NCBI GenBank assembly: GCA_038883715.1
Contig: JAVZLS010000009.1
Coordinates: 1 to 53,737, forward strand
Length of the DNA stretch: 53,737 nucleotides
Direction of reading: 5' to 3'
Source: Candidatus Bathyarchaeia archaeon
GTDB taxonomy: Archaea; Thermoproteota; Bathyarchaeia; Bathyarchaeales; Bathycorpusculaceae
Shown here: one piece after another, positions 8,529 to 17,076 of the stretch
Layout of the letters: each line of letters starts with the position of its first letter
How positions within the stretch are numbered: the stretch's first letter is position 1
The notes under the pieces: model-generated
What the model was told of the DNA's origin: nothing
The model's input: the letters and a program-made list of their open reading frames with translations, nothing else
The model's database searches: none
Translations under genes and position numbers: made by a program

Positions 8529-9662
8529 GTGCGGAAAACCCAGCTTTACGAAATACATAAGAAGACGGCGAAAATGACGGAGTTCGCCGGATTCGAGATG
8601 CCCCTATGGTATAAGGGGATAACAGAAGAGCATTTGGCGGTTCGAAACAGTGTAGGCATTTTCGACGTCTCCCATATGGGAAGAGTAATCATAACGGGAA
8701 AGGATGCCGCAAGCTTCCTAAATTATGTGATAACCAACGATGTGACAGTATTAACGCCGAACAGCGCCCTATACTCGGTTATGTGCAACGAAAACGGCGG
8801 AATAATCGACGACTTTGTTGTAAGCCGCCTCGAAGAGGAAAAGTTTCTGCTGGTCCCAAACGCCACAAACAGAGAAAAGGACTTCAACTGGCTGGTTAAG
8901 AAGGCTGAAGGCTTCAACGTCAAAATCGAGGACTTCTCAGACAAGGCGGCGATGTTCGCCGTTCAAGGACCAAACGCTGAAAAAACCCTACAGAAAATCT
9001 GCACGGCAGACTTAAGCAAAATTGAAAGATTCAAATGTGCACCAGCAAAATTGGCTGAAACAGACGTCTTCCTATCCAGAACTGGTTATACAGGTGAGGA
9101 CGGCTTTGAAGTTTACGTGTGGAACGCACCTCTCGATAAACCAGACAACGCCATAAAAGTGTGGAACGCCATCCTTGAGGCTGGCAAACCCTTCGGGATA
9201 GAACCCTGCGGCTTAGGCGCCAGAGACACATTAAGACTTGAGGCTGGACTATGCCTATATGGAAACGACATAGACGAAAACACAACACCATTAGAGGCGA
9301 GACTAGGCTTCGTGGTAAAATTCCAAAAAGACAACTTCATAGGAAAAAACGCCCTTTTAAAACAAAAGGAAGAAGGAGTCAAAAGAAGACGAGTTGGACT
9401 GCAAATGATTGAGCATGGCATACCAAGACAAGGCTTCAAAATATACAGCGAAAAAAGCGAGAACATAGGACAAGTGACCAGCGGAACCTTCTCGCCACTG
9501 CTAAAATGCGGCATAGCAATGGCATACATACAAACACAACATGCTCAAGAAGGAAACGTTGTAAACATTGAAATTCGCGGAAAAATAGCTAAAGCAAAAA
9601 TTGTGCCATTCCCATTTTACGACGCTGAAAAATATGGATACAAAAGGAAGACACTCGCATAA
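8529..9662 (+). CDS. gcvT: Glycine cleavage system T protein (aminomethyltransferase)
   Basis: FAGFEMP, FDVSHMG, SRTGYTGEDGFE, GLGARDTLRLEAG, VTSGTFSP. Confidence 0.96.
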   Translation: MRKTQLYEIHKKTAKMTEFAGFEMPLWYKGITEEHLAVRNSVGIFDVSHMGRVIITGKDAASFLNYVITNDVTVLTPNSALYSVMCNENGGIIDDFVVSRLEEEKFLLVPNATNREKDFNWLVKKAEGFNVKIEDFSDKAAMFAVQGPNAEKTLQKICTADLSKIERFKCAPAKLAETDVFLSRTGYTGEDGFEVYVWNAPLDKPDNAIKVWNAILEAGKPFGIEPCGLGARDTLRLEAGLCLYGNDIDENTTPLEARLGFVVKFQKDNFIGKNALLKQKEEGVKRRRVGLQMIEHGIPRQGFKIYSEKSENIGQVTSGTFSPLLKCGIAMAYIQTQHAQEGNVVNIEIRGKIAKAKIVPFPFYDAEKYGYKRKTLA

Positions 9663-9702
9663 AACTATTTAACCAACCGTAAGGAAAATAAAACACCTTC
9701 AT

Positions 9703-9712
9703 AACCTTTATT
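9703..9712 (+). promoter_or_regulatory. BRE/TATA-like element of aglB (spacing suggests a nearly leaderless mRNA)
   Basis: AACCTTTATT about 20 nt before the ATG at 9731. Confidence 0.4.
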
Positions 9713-9730
9713 GAAGAGCTGGAGCCACAA

Positions 9731-12055
9731 ATGGAAACAAAAAGCCTCTCCAAAAAAGAGCGAATAATCAACGCTTTCAAAAGCCTCGGAAAACTCCGCC
9801 CAAAAATAAGCCACACGTCAATAATGACCATTGCGACTTTAATACTTATAATTTTTATAGCCTTCGTGATACGGCTGTTTCCAATGCGATGGGAAATAGA
9901 CCCAACAACAGGCAAAACAAACCTTCTCTTATCAGAGTTTGACCCATACTTCCAATACCGCTTCACAGAAAAAATAGTTAAAGACGGCTTCATTTCATGG
10001 GCCATAGAAAACAATGGAAAAGGATGGATCGATAAGCAAAGATGGCACCCCGATGGAATAAACGTTGCCAAAGCCGCTTTCCCAGGGCTTCCAATGACAG
10101 CAGCCTTCCTCTATAAAATAGTTTCAATGCTTGGTGTAGGCATAGACCTAATGAGCTTCTGCGCCCTCTTCCCAGCCATCATGGGGGCATTGGCATGCCT
10201 CGCCATATACTTCCTTGGAAAAGACTTCGGCGGCAAACCAGTAGGCCTACTGGCTGCGCTTTTCTTAGCTTTAGAACCATCCTACATCCAACGGACATCA
10301 GTAGGCTTCTTTGATGACGAAACTATTGGCATATTTTCCCTCATACTTTTCGCCTTCCTATTCCTAAGGGCTATTGAGGAAGACAGGCAAATCAGCTCAA
10401 CTGTAAAATATGCCCTCGCCTCCGGAGCAGTTTTAGGCTACTTCTGCGCCGGGTGGGGCGCAGCCTATTACCCAATAGGCGTCATAACCCTATTCACATT
10501 GGTCTTACTAATTATGAAGAGGTATACACGGAAACTTTTCCTCGCCTACGGCGTAACTTTCGGGTTTGGTTTACTTATCGCCATAAATGTCCCAAAACTA
10601 TCACCAAACTATCTACTTACAAGCGCCATCTTGCCAGTTGCCGCCGTCTTTGGACTGCTTTGCCTAGCTGAAGTTATCACAAACATGAAAACAGCTAAAT
10701 GGAAAATTATATCTGTCATAGTTTTCCTAGCCCTCATTCTCGGCGGCGTCATAGCACTCTGGTATACGGGTCGCATGCAAGCAATATCCAGCAAATTCAT
10801 TTCTGTTCTAAATCCATTCACTCGCGAAGCTTCCCCACTTATCGAGTCTGTGGCTGAACATAGGATATCTGCATGGGGCTCCATATACTACGAATTTGGC
10901 ATCATGATAATCTTCTTCATAATTGGATTATTCTTTATTTTAGGAAACCTAAACAATAGAAACATATTCCTCCTCGTTTTCGGTTTAACATCTCTCTATT
11001 TTGCATGCTCAATGGTGCGGCTTTTTGTTCTTATGGCTCCAGCCTTCAGCCTCCTAGCCGCTGTTGGAATTAGCGGACTTCTGAAACCCTTTATGACATT
11101 GTTGAAAGAGCCGCCAAGAATAAGTGTTAAGAGAAAATTTGGACTGGAGCGTGTTGGAAGGGAGTTCAGCGGCATAGCAGTTTTCCTAATATTCCTAATA
11201 TTAATGGTGAACTTGGCTTTCCCAATGCCGAGGGTTTATACGCAAGCTTACACACCAACCACAATATCTGCAGGAAGCCTCTCAACACTACCGCAACAAC
11301 CTGTGCAAGAATGGATAAACATGTTTACATGGATGAGAAGCAATTTGAAAAGCTCAACCGTTGTATGTAGTTGGTGGGATTATGGATATTGGCTCACAGT
11401 TCTGGGAAACGTTACATCCTTGGCTGACAACGCCACCGTGAACACCACTCAGATAGAAAACATTGGCTTTATATTTATAGCCGATGAGGAACGGTCGATG
11501 GAAATGCTGAAACGCTATAAGGCTGAATACATACTTGTATACACAACTATAGACACTAATGGAAACTGGCTAAACGCAGGTGGAGATGAGGGTAAATGGA
11601 CCTGGATGGCCGCTATATCTGGGAATGCACGTTATCCCAACGGCACATCAAGGTTTGTTATAGAAGGCTTAATTACAGAGGATGAGATGTGGACGTCAGA
11701 TTTAAACAAAATCAGAGAAACCTTTGGGAACGTTACGCTGGGATGGAATAGTGCAAGCACAGGTGAGGTGGTACCCATCAACCCCTATATATTCGGCCGA
11801 AATCAACCAATATATGGAGAGCGGGTTAGCCGGGGGCAAAACTCAACAATTTATAAGCTGATGAACTATGCAAGGGAACGTTGGATCCAAGTGAACCGTC
11901 AACAAAGCTCAGCGCCGACAACACAGCTGATATACTTTGTCGAGGAGCGAATTGAAGGTTTAAACAACAAAAATGGGTATAACGGTGTTGTTCCACTTGT
12001 CTGCCTCTACAAAATAAACTGGGAAAAGTATTATAGCGAACATCCAAGCGGGTAA
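9731..12055 (+). CDS. aglB: Oligosaccharyltransferase catalytic subunit AglB/STT3
   Basis: EFDPYFQYR, GFFDDE, SVAEH, WWDYG, ADNAT, DEGKWTWM; multiple TM segments. Confidence 0.95.
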   Translation: METKSLSKKERIINAFKSLGKLRPKISHTSIMTIATLILIIFIAFVIRLFPMRWEIDPTTGKTNLLLSEFDPYFQYRFTEKIVKDGFISWAIENNGKGWIDKQRWHPDGINVAKAAFPGLPMTAAFLYKIVSMLGVGIDLMSFCALFPAIMGALACLAIYFLGKDFGGKPVGLLAALFLALEPSYIQRTSVGFFDDETIGIFSLILFAFLFLRAIEEDRQISSTVKYALASGAVLGYFCAGWGAAYYPIGVITLFTLVLLIMKRYTRKLFLAYGVTFGFGLLIAINVPKLSPNYLLTSAILPVAAVFGLLCLAEVITNMKTAKWKIISVIVFLALILGGVIALWYTGRMQAISSKFISVLNPFTREASPLIESVAEHRISAWGSIYYEFGIMIIFFIIGLFFILGNLNNRNIFLLVFGLTSLYFACSMVRLFVLMAPAFSLLAAVGISGLLKPFMTLLKEPPRISVKRKFGLERVGREFSGIAVFLIFLILMVNLAFPMPRVYTQAYTPTTISAGSLSTLPQQPVQEWINMFTWMRSNLKSSTVVCSWWDYGYWLTVLGNVTSLADNATVNTTQIENIGFIFIADEERSMEMLKRYKAEYILVYTTIDTNGNWLNAGGDEGKWTWMAAISGNARYPNGTSRFVIEGLITEDEMWTSDLNKIRETFGNVTLGWNSASTGEVVPINPYIFGRNQPIYGERVSRGQNSTIYKLMNYARERWIQVNRQQSSAPTTQLIYFVEERIEGLNNKNGYNGVVPLVCLYKINWEKYYSEHPSG

Positions 12056-12065
12056 GGGTCAGCAT

Positions 12066-12947
12066 TTGTTTCCAAAGGTTCCGGATCAGCATAAGCCTGG
12101 CAAGCCCTTGGTTCCAACTGGTTTAGGGGTAATATACGTCGTTGCGAGCGCTGCTTACCTTTTCTTTTTGCACGCTTTTGGATTTGATGTGGAATCTGCT
12201 GGTGGCGGTAATGTTTCTCCGGCTTTGACTTTGGCTGTTTGCATATTGTTTGGTGGTTTTATGGGTTTGCTGGATGACTGGATGGATTTGCGTTGGCGTT
12301 ACAAGGCTTTCTTTCCGCTGGTGGCAGCTGTTCCCTTGATGACTTTGGCTTACAGAATGGGTATTGCTCGCACAGCTATTACGCTTCCACTGTTAGGAAC
12401 CATTAATTTTGGCGTATACTATTTCTTTGTTTTGATCCCGCTGATTGTGATGGTGGTCACCAACACTGTTAATCAGCTGGGTGGCCTTAACGGTTTGGAA
12501 ACTGTTTGTCCCGCCATTGTTTTGGTTGGGCTTATGGTGGCTTCTGGAAGAAATGCTATTTTGTTAACGCTTCCTTTGGCTGTTTGGCTTGTGCTTGCCT
12601 TTTTCAATTTTCAGGGGAAGATTTTTGTTGGAAATACTGGCTCTTTTGCTATTGGAATAACCTTGGCGGCTTTTGCCATAATTTCCGATGTGAAGTGGTG
12701 TTTGTTGATCTCACTTGTACCATACATAATTAATTCTTCCATGATTTTGTTGAATTATTTCTTTTTCCGGACCAAGGCAAATGTCTCTTTTGACGGAAAA
12801 AGGCTTTTCTCGGAGCATAGGAGAAGCTTAATAACGCTTATAACTTATAGGCGGCCTATGACTGAGAGGAAAGTGGTTGTCACTATAGCCTTTTTGGTTG
12901 CTGTTTCAACTTTTGTCGCTGTTGTTGCCCAGCTTTTCCTGTTTTAG
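12066..12947 (+). CDS. aglH: MraY/GPT-family polyprenyl-phosphate HexNAc-1-P transferase (AglH/DPAGT1-like)
   Basis: DQHKPGKPLVP, GLLDD, NTVNQLGGLNGLE, KIFVGNTGS; directly downstream of aglB. Confidence 0.8.
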   Translation: MFPKVPDQHKPGKPLVPTGLGVIYVVASAAYLFFLHAFGFDVESAGGGNVSPALTLAVCILFGGFMGLLDDWMDLRWRYKAFFPLVAAVPLMTLAYRMGIARTAITLPLLGTINFGVYYFFVLIPLIVMVVTNTVNQLGGLNGLETVCPAIVLVGLMVASGRNAILLTLPLAVWLVLAFFNFQGKIFVGNTGSFAIGITLAAFAIISDVKWCLLISLVPYIINSSMILLNYFFFRTKANVSFDGKRLFSEHRRSLITLITYRRPMTERKVVVTIAFLVAVSTFVAVVAQLFLF

Positions 12948-12951
12948 AGAC

Positions 12952-12976
12952 TGTGTGTAACAAAATGCTACACACA
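12952..12976. repeat. Inverted repeat (9 of 10 bp arms) just after the aglH stop
   Basis: TGTGTGTAAC-AAAAT-GCTACACACA. Confidence 0.6.
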
Positions 12977-13108
12977 AAAGGCAAAAATTGGTTAGAGCCG
13001 AGCCTTAAATCGCGGAGGTTGTTAAGGAAAGCCGAATTCGGCATATAGGCTTGATGTGAGGAATCAGCTATTTGCCCCACACTTCATGTTCCAAATGTTT
13101 CGGTTAAG

Positions 13109-13555
13109 GTGGATGTTACCAGTATTGTAGGGGTTAAGCTGGACGTTAAAGGTGGGGCTGGAACCGTCAATTTTGATGTTAAGGCTAGGCTTGAAGAGAA
13201 GGAAAGAAGAAGCCAAACAGTGGTTGTCGGTTTCAACCTCCAACTGACAACGAAGCCGGGCATTGTCAAATTTGAGGTGGAGGGCACCGCAACGCTTACG
13301 GGAAAAGATACGGAGATAAATAAGATGTTGGAGGTTGACCCCGAAACAAAGGTTCCCTACGTTTTCCAGAAAGTTTATCAGCATACCTTTACGGCTATGT
13401 ACCTGCTCTCGACCATTTTGAACACGCCTCCGCCGCCAATAGACCTTCTCCTTTTCAGAAGGGAAGAAGCGTCAGCTGAGGGCGTCTCTATCGAGCCTGA
13501 AGCAGCTGTAAAGGTTGAGGGCGAAGCTGCTGGAGAAGCGAAAAAAGAGGATTAA
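13109..13555 (+). CDS. Hypothetical protein, possible SecB-like fold, with acidic tail
   Basis: Alternating beta-strands (VVVGFNLQLTT, VKFEVEGTATL), then a helix and a PPPP motif, as in the SecB topology. Confidence 0.55.
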   Translation: MDVTSIVGVKLDVKGGAGTVNFDVKARLEEKERRSQTVVVGFNLQLTTKPGIVKFEVEGTATLTGKDTEINKMLEVDPETKVPYVFQKVYQHTFTAMYLLSTILNTPPPPIDLLLFRREEASAEGVSIEPEAAVKVEGEAAGEAKKED

Positions 13556-13566
13556 ACAAAAGAATG

Positions 13567-13574
13567 TTTTTATA
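13567..13574 (+). promoter_or_regulatory. TATA box of the queT transcription unit
   Basis: TTTTTATA about 25 nt upstream of the structured leader. Confidence 0.55.
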
Positions 13575-13595
13575 GTTGCCTTGCGGTATTGCTGT

Positions 13596-13660
13596 TTTGT
13601 TGGCGGGTGAGTGGGGCCTCCCACCCGTTCCGCCATACAAACCCCGGTGTAGGGAGGTGG
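13596..13660 (+). promoter_or_regulatory. Structured GC-rich 5' leader (candidate riboswitch) with SD GGGAGGTGG
   Basis: TTTGT-TGGCGG pairs with CCGCCA-T-ACAAA; inner GTGGG/CCCAC stem; CCTCCC (13617-13622) is complementary to the SD GGGAGG (13652-13657). Confidence 0.5.
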
Positions 13661-13664
13661 AAAA

Positions 13665-14231
13665 TTGAAGTTTGATAGCAAAGATTTAGCTTTGACAGCA
13701 ATTTTTGCAGCACTTTATGCCGTAATTAACATCGTGCAAACAATGATGGGCGGCCCAATAACGTATGGGCCGGTTCAGTTACGTCTGGCTGACTGTCTGA
13801 TAGCTTTGTCGGCGCTGTTTGGGTTGCCTGTGGTTCTAGGGGTTGCGATAGGCTGTTTCAGTAACGTGTATTATATGCTTGATCCAGCTGACATTATTAT
13901 AGGGCCAGTTGTGAATTTTGCGGCAGCTTTTGTTGTCTTTGTTTCGCGAAGACGGAAACTTTTGGCGTGTGTTTCTGGCTCCATTGTTGTTGGTGTTCCG
14001 ATTGGTTTGTACTTGTACTACCTCTACGTGCAAGGTAACCCGATTATCCAGCAGCAGACGCCGAATTTTGGAGTTTCACTTCCGTTATGGTCTGCGTTTG
14101 TCTTAAGCCTCCTAGTCAGCAGCCTGGTGGCCATAGCTGTTATAGGTTTTGCTCTGTTACAGGCACTGTCGAGGCAAGGCATTATTGACTCGTTGAAGGC
14201 ACGGGGATTAAAAGTGCTTGAAGGGAAGTAA
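13665..14231 (+). CDS. queT: QueT-family ECF S-component (queuosine/7-deazaguanine precursor transporter)
   Basis: DLALTAIFAALYAV...PITYGPVQLRLADCL...GVAIGCFSN...DIIIGP, typical of QueT (COG4708). Confidence 0.8.
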   Translation: MKFDSKDLALTAIFAALYAVINIVQTMMGGPITYGPVQLRLADCLIALSALFGLPVVLGVAIGCFSNVYYMLDPADIIIGPVVNFAAAFVVFVSRRRKLLACVSGSIVVGVPIGLYLYYLYVQGNPIIQQQTPNFGVSLPLWSAFVLSLLVSSLVAIAVIGFALLQALSRQGIIDSLKARGLKVLEGK

Positions 14232-14240
14232 CACTGCTGA

Positions 14241-16919
14241 TTACATGAAGCGTTCCAGTTTCGTCAAACCTATTATTTCGTCGAAGTCTAAGCCTAATGC
14301 GTCTAAAACTTGGTCGAAGGTGGAGTGCAAATAAGCCACGTACTTGTCTACGTCTATCTCATTTTTTGTTGCCAGTTCCACTGGTTTTACGTGAGGCTCG
14401 TTCACTACTTTTACAAAGCTTATTAGGTCTCCGGCTTTGAGTTCCATTCCGCTTTCTTTTAGGATTTTTGCGGCTTTCACGTGTTGTGGCGTTGTTTTTG
14501 TGTAGCGTTCTGGTTCTTCGCCTAATACTACGTTGAAGGCTAGTTCGTTTAGGCTTTCCCATTCTCGTCTTTTTAGGCGTATGTAGCAGTCGCGGATTGT
14601 TTGTATGATGTCTTTTTTGGCGGCTTCGAAGTCTGCCGGCGTTTTGACCATGGCTAGGCGCTCTTTCATTTTGTCGAAAGCCTTCTTGATGAATAGGGGG
14701 ATGTGACGTTTCTTGCCTGTCAAGCCCTTAACGTCAACGCTTCCATCTTCCAGAACGCCCAGATAGTTCTTTTTGCGGGAGCTGAAAACCGCGTAGCGGT
14801 AAACTTTGTCCACGTCTAAACCCATTTTCAGCTCGCGTTCAGTCCATTCTTCGAGTTCGTGTATCTGCTCTTTTGACGGGTTTTTTAGGAAGACGCTGTC
14901 TGTGTCGCCGTAAAGCACTTGGATGCCCAGCTCTTCAGCCCTCCTAATTATTTGGGTTATAGCGTGTCTTCCTATGGCTGCTGTTGCTTCGGCTACTGGT
15001 GGGCAGTATAAGTCGAAGGTTTCTGCTCCGAAAACGCCGTAGCTAGCGTTTAAAATAACTTTTAATGCACCTTGAATGATATTGTACCAGCTTCTAACCT
15101 CCGGTGGCAGAGCCTTATCCTTTGATTTTGGCTTATACCATTGGACTCGCAAGTCTCTAAGCGAGCCGATTAGGAGGCTTTCTAGGGCGCGTTTTTTGCG
15201 GCAGACCCAATGGGGTGTGTCTGGCACTAGGTTTGTTTGGCATTCCTTGTGCCCGCACAATATGGACTGGTAGCCTAAGTTCCAAACTTTTATTATTGAT
15301 GGGTATAGGCTTGGGAAATCCATTACCGCGACGTTGAAGTGGACGCCCGGTACTGGTTCAACAACTATGGCGCCCTTGTATTTTTTGCCCTTTATTATGG
15401 CTTTTGTGGCCGTCTTTCCCTTTAGGGCTAGTATATCTTCAGCGTTTGGAATAAGCATGTTTTTTCTGCGGTGTTCGCGGTGCATAAAGTTCCTTATCCA
15501 ACGGGAAACGCCTTGTCGGCTTACATCCTCCATCGGCATACTGCTTATTCTAGCCAAAACAAGAATCAGCTTCAAGACCAGCTCATCTTCGAAGCTTGTG
15601 AGTTTATAGGTGATTTCAGCGTCCCTGAAGCAGTATTTTGCGAGTTCCGTATATGTTAGTTCGCCTATTCCCTTTTCCAGCGTTATCTTGTCTAAGCCTA
15701 CAAGTGCCTTGCCAACATCGCCCAAAGTTACGTCTCGGTAGCGGTTGTTGAAGGCGTAAATTTGTATGGAGCGGTTGAAGAAGAACTTGTATAGGTCTAT
15801 GTGGACGCCATATTTTAGGAGGCAAACCCTCTTGCCAATTTCTATTGGAATTTCATCTCTCTTAAAGCCGTGGTTTTCTGCTCTATGCGCTAAATATCGT
15901 AGGTCAAAGTCGTCGCCGTTGAAGGTTATCACAAATGGGTAGTTCCATAAAACCTCAAAAACAGCCCTTATCAGCTTCTCTTCAGATTCAAAATATTCTA
16001 TCTGCACGTCTGCTGGTAAACGTTCTGTGCCTTCGCGAACTCCCTCCCTTTTTAAGAGGAGAACCCGCTTTTGCCCGTCTGAACTGTATAGAGAGACGCA
16101 GACTATTGGGTATGCCGCCTCGCGCGGGTCTGGCATCCGGGTTGGTATGGGCGAGTAAACCTCGATGTCCATGGTGATATAACGGAACTTTGGAGCTGGA
16201 TACTCGAGGAGCTTAGCCCACTGCTCAATATACTGGAGTTCTTCGTCGTCAGCCTCCTTGAAAGTGCCAACGATTTGCTGAACCATTTTCTCTGCTTCTT
16301 CTACGTGTTTTGGCACAAGATTGCCATTTTTAACTTCGTAAACCATGCCGGGCAAAAGTCCACGGTCATAAATGTAGGATTGGTAATACTTTATCTTGGA
16401 CTCCCAAACCTTGATGGATTCTGCGGAGACCGGGACGTCTGCAATTTTTGGAAAGTCTTCTGGAATAATGTCTCTTATGCAGCCCCTTGGGCGCCCCCCA
16501 ATTGCCAGCGGGTCTTTAGCAATAATCTTTGTCACTTTGACAGGTTTATCCAGAAGGGGATCAAACTTCTCCTCAATCTCGAAGTGGTCGAAGCCCGGAT
16601 GCTTCATTAAACGGTCAATTTTTTCAAGCTCGAATGGCGAAAGGTTTGTGTAGCAGTAGGGCTTATGCCCAGTGTTATCATACCAGAAGTAGATTCGCCC
16701 AGAAACAGGCTCGTAAAGCTTGATTAGGGCTTTTCCAGCTTTGCCATCATAAGTGGCTGAAACAAAATATGAAGGAGGAAGGTTTTCCGGTGCCGTTGGC
16801 GGAAAACCCCTCTGTTTTCGCTCTTTTTCTATGGATTCTGTGAAGGGTAAGGCTTCCCCTTTGACTTCTTGAGGTTTAGCCACTGACATTGAAAACTCGT
16901 CTAAGCGCCTTTGAGCCAT
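14241..16919 (-). CDS. polB1: Family B DNA polymerase, PolB1 type
   Basis: ExoI DIEV, ExoII FNGDDFD, ExoIII YCFRDA, DFPSLYPS, KVILNASYG, YGDTDS, KKNY; N-terminal 'WYDNTGHKPY' as in TACK PolB1. Confidence 0.93.
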   Translation of the reverse strand: MAQRRLDEFSMSVAKPQEVKGEALPFTESIEKERKQRGFPPTAPENLPPSYFVSATYDGKAGKALIKLYEPVSGRIYFWYDNTGHKPYCYTNLSPFELEKIDRLMKHPGFDHFEIEEKFDPLLDKPVKVTKIIAKDPLAIGGRPRGCIRDIIPEDFPKIADVPVSAESIKVWESKIKYYQSYIYDRGLLPGMVYEVKNGNLVPKHVEEAEKMVQQIVGTFKEADDEELQYIEQWAKLLEYPAPKFRYITMDIEVYSPIPTRMPDPREAAYPIVCVSLYSSDGQKRVLLLKREGVREGTERLPADVQIEYFESEEKLIRAVFEVLWNYPFVITFNGDDFDLRYLAHRAENHGFKRDEIPIEIGKRVCLLKYGVHIDLYKFFFNRSIQIYAFNNRYRDVTLGDVGKALVGLDKITLEKGIGELTYTELAKYCFRDAEITYKLTSFEDELVLKLILVLARISSMPMEDVSRQGVSRWIRNFMHREHRRKNMLIPNAEDILALKGKTATKAIIKGKKYKGAIVVEPVPGVHFNVAVMDFPSLYPSIIKVWNLGYQSILCGHKECQTNLVPDTPHWVCRKKRALESLLIGSLRDLRVQWYKPKSKDKALPPEVRSWYNIIQGALKVILNASYGVFGAETFDLYCPPVAEATAAIGRHAITQIIRRAEELGIQVLYGDTDSVFLKNPSKEQIHELEEWTERELKMGLDVDKVYRYAVFSSRKKNYLGVLEDGSVDVKGLTGKKRHIPLFIKKAFDKMKERLAMVKTPADFEAAKKDIIQTIRDCYIRLKRREWESLNELAFNVVLGEEPERYTKTTPQHVKAAKILKESGMELKAGDLISFVKVVNEPHVKPVELATKNEIDVDKYVAYLHSTFDQVLDALGLDFDEIIGLTKLERFM

Positions 16920-16979
16920 AACCGCTCTTAACCTAACTAAATATCACCAGCAACAGACTAAAAACCTTACTAAACGAAA

Positions 16980-16996
16980 CCTTGAAACTTTCAAGG
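16980..16996. promoter_or_regulatory. Perfect 8-1-8 palindrome in the divergent polB1/RsmB-family intergenic region
   Basis: CCTTGAAA-C-TTTCAAGG. Confidence 0.5.
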
Positions 16997-17076
16997 GCAT
17001 ATCGCATACTGCCCTTTATGGAAACTTTTAATCTTTTAAGCGCCTCTGTATTGCTGTTTAGCCGAGTGAAAAGGGA

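Noticed and set aside
13596-13660. GC-rich hairpin as a tRNA or intrinsic terminator
   Set aside because: No T-loop (GTTCRA) or cloverleaf and no following U-tract; it sits between TATA and SD, so it is treated as a leader.
14241-16919. Intein in PolB, or a casposon/viral polymerase
   Set aside because: Normal length, contiguous motifs, and no cas1, integrase or terminal repeats nearby.
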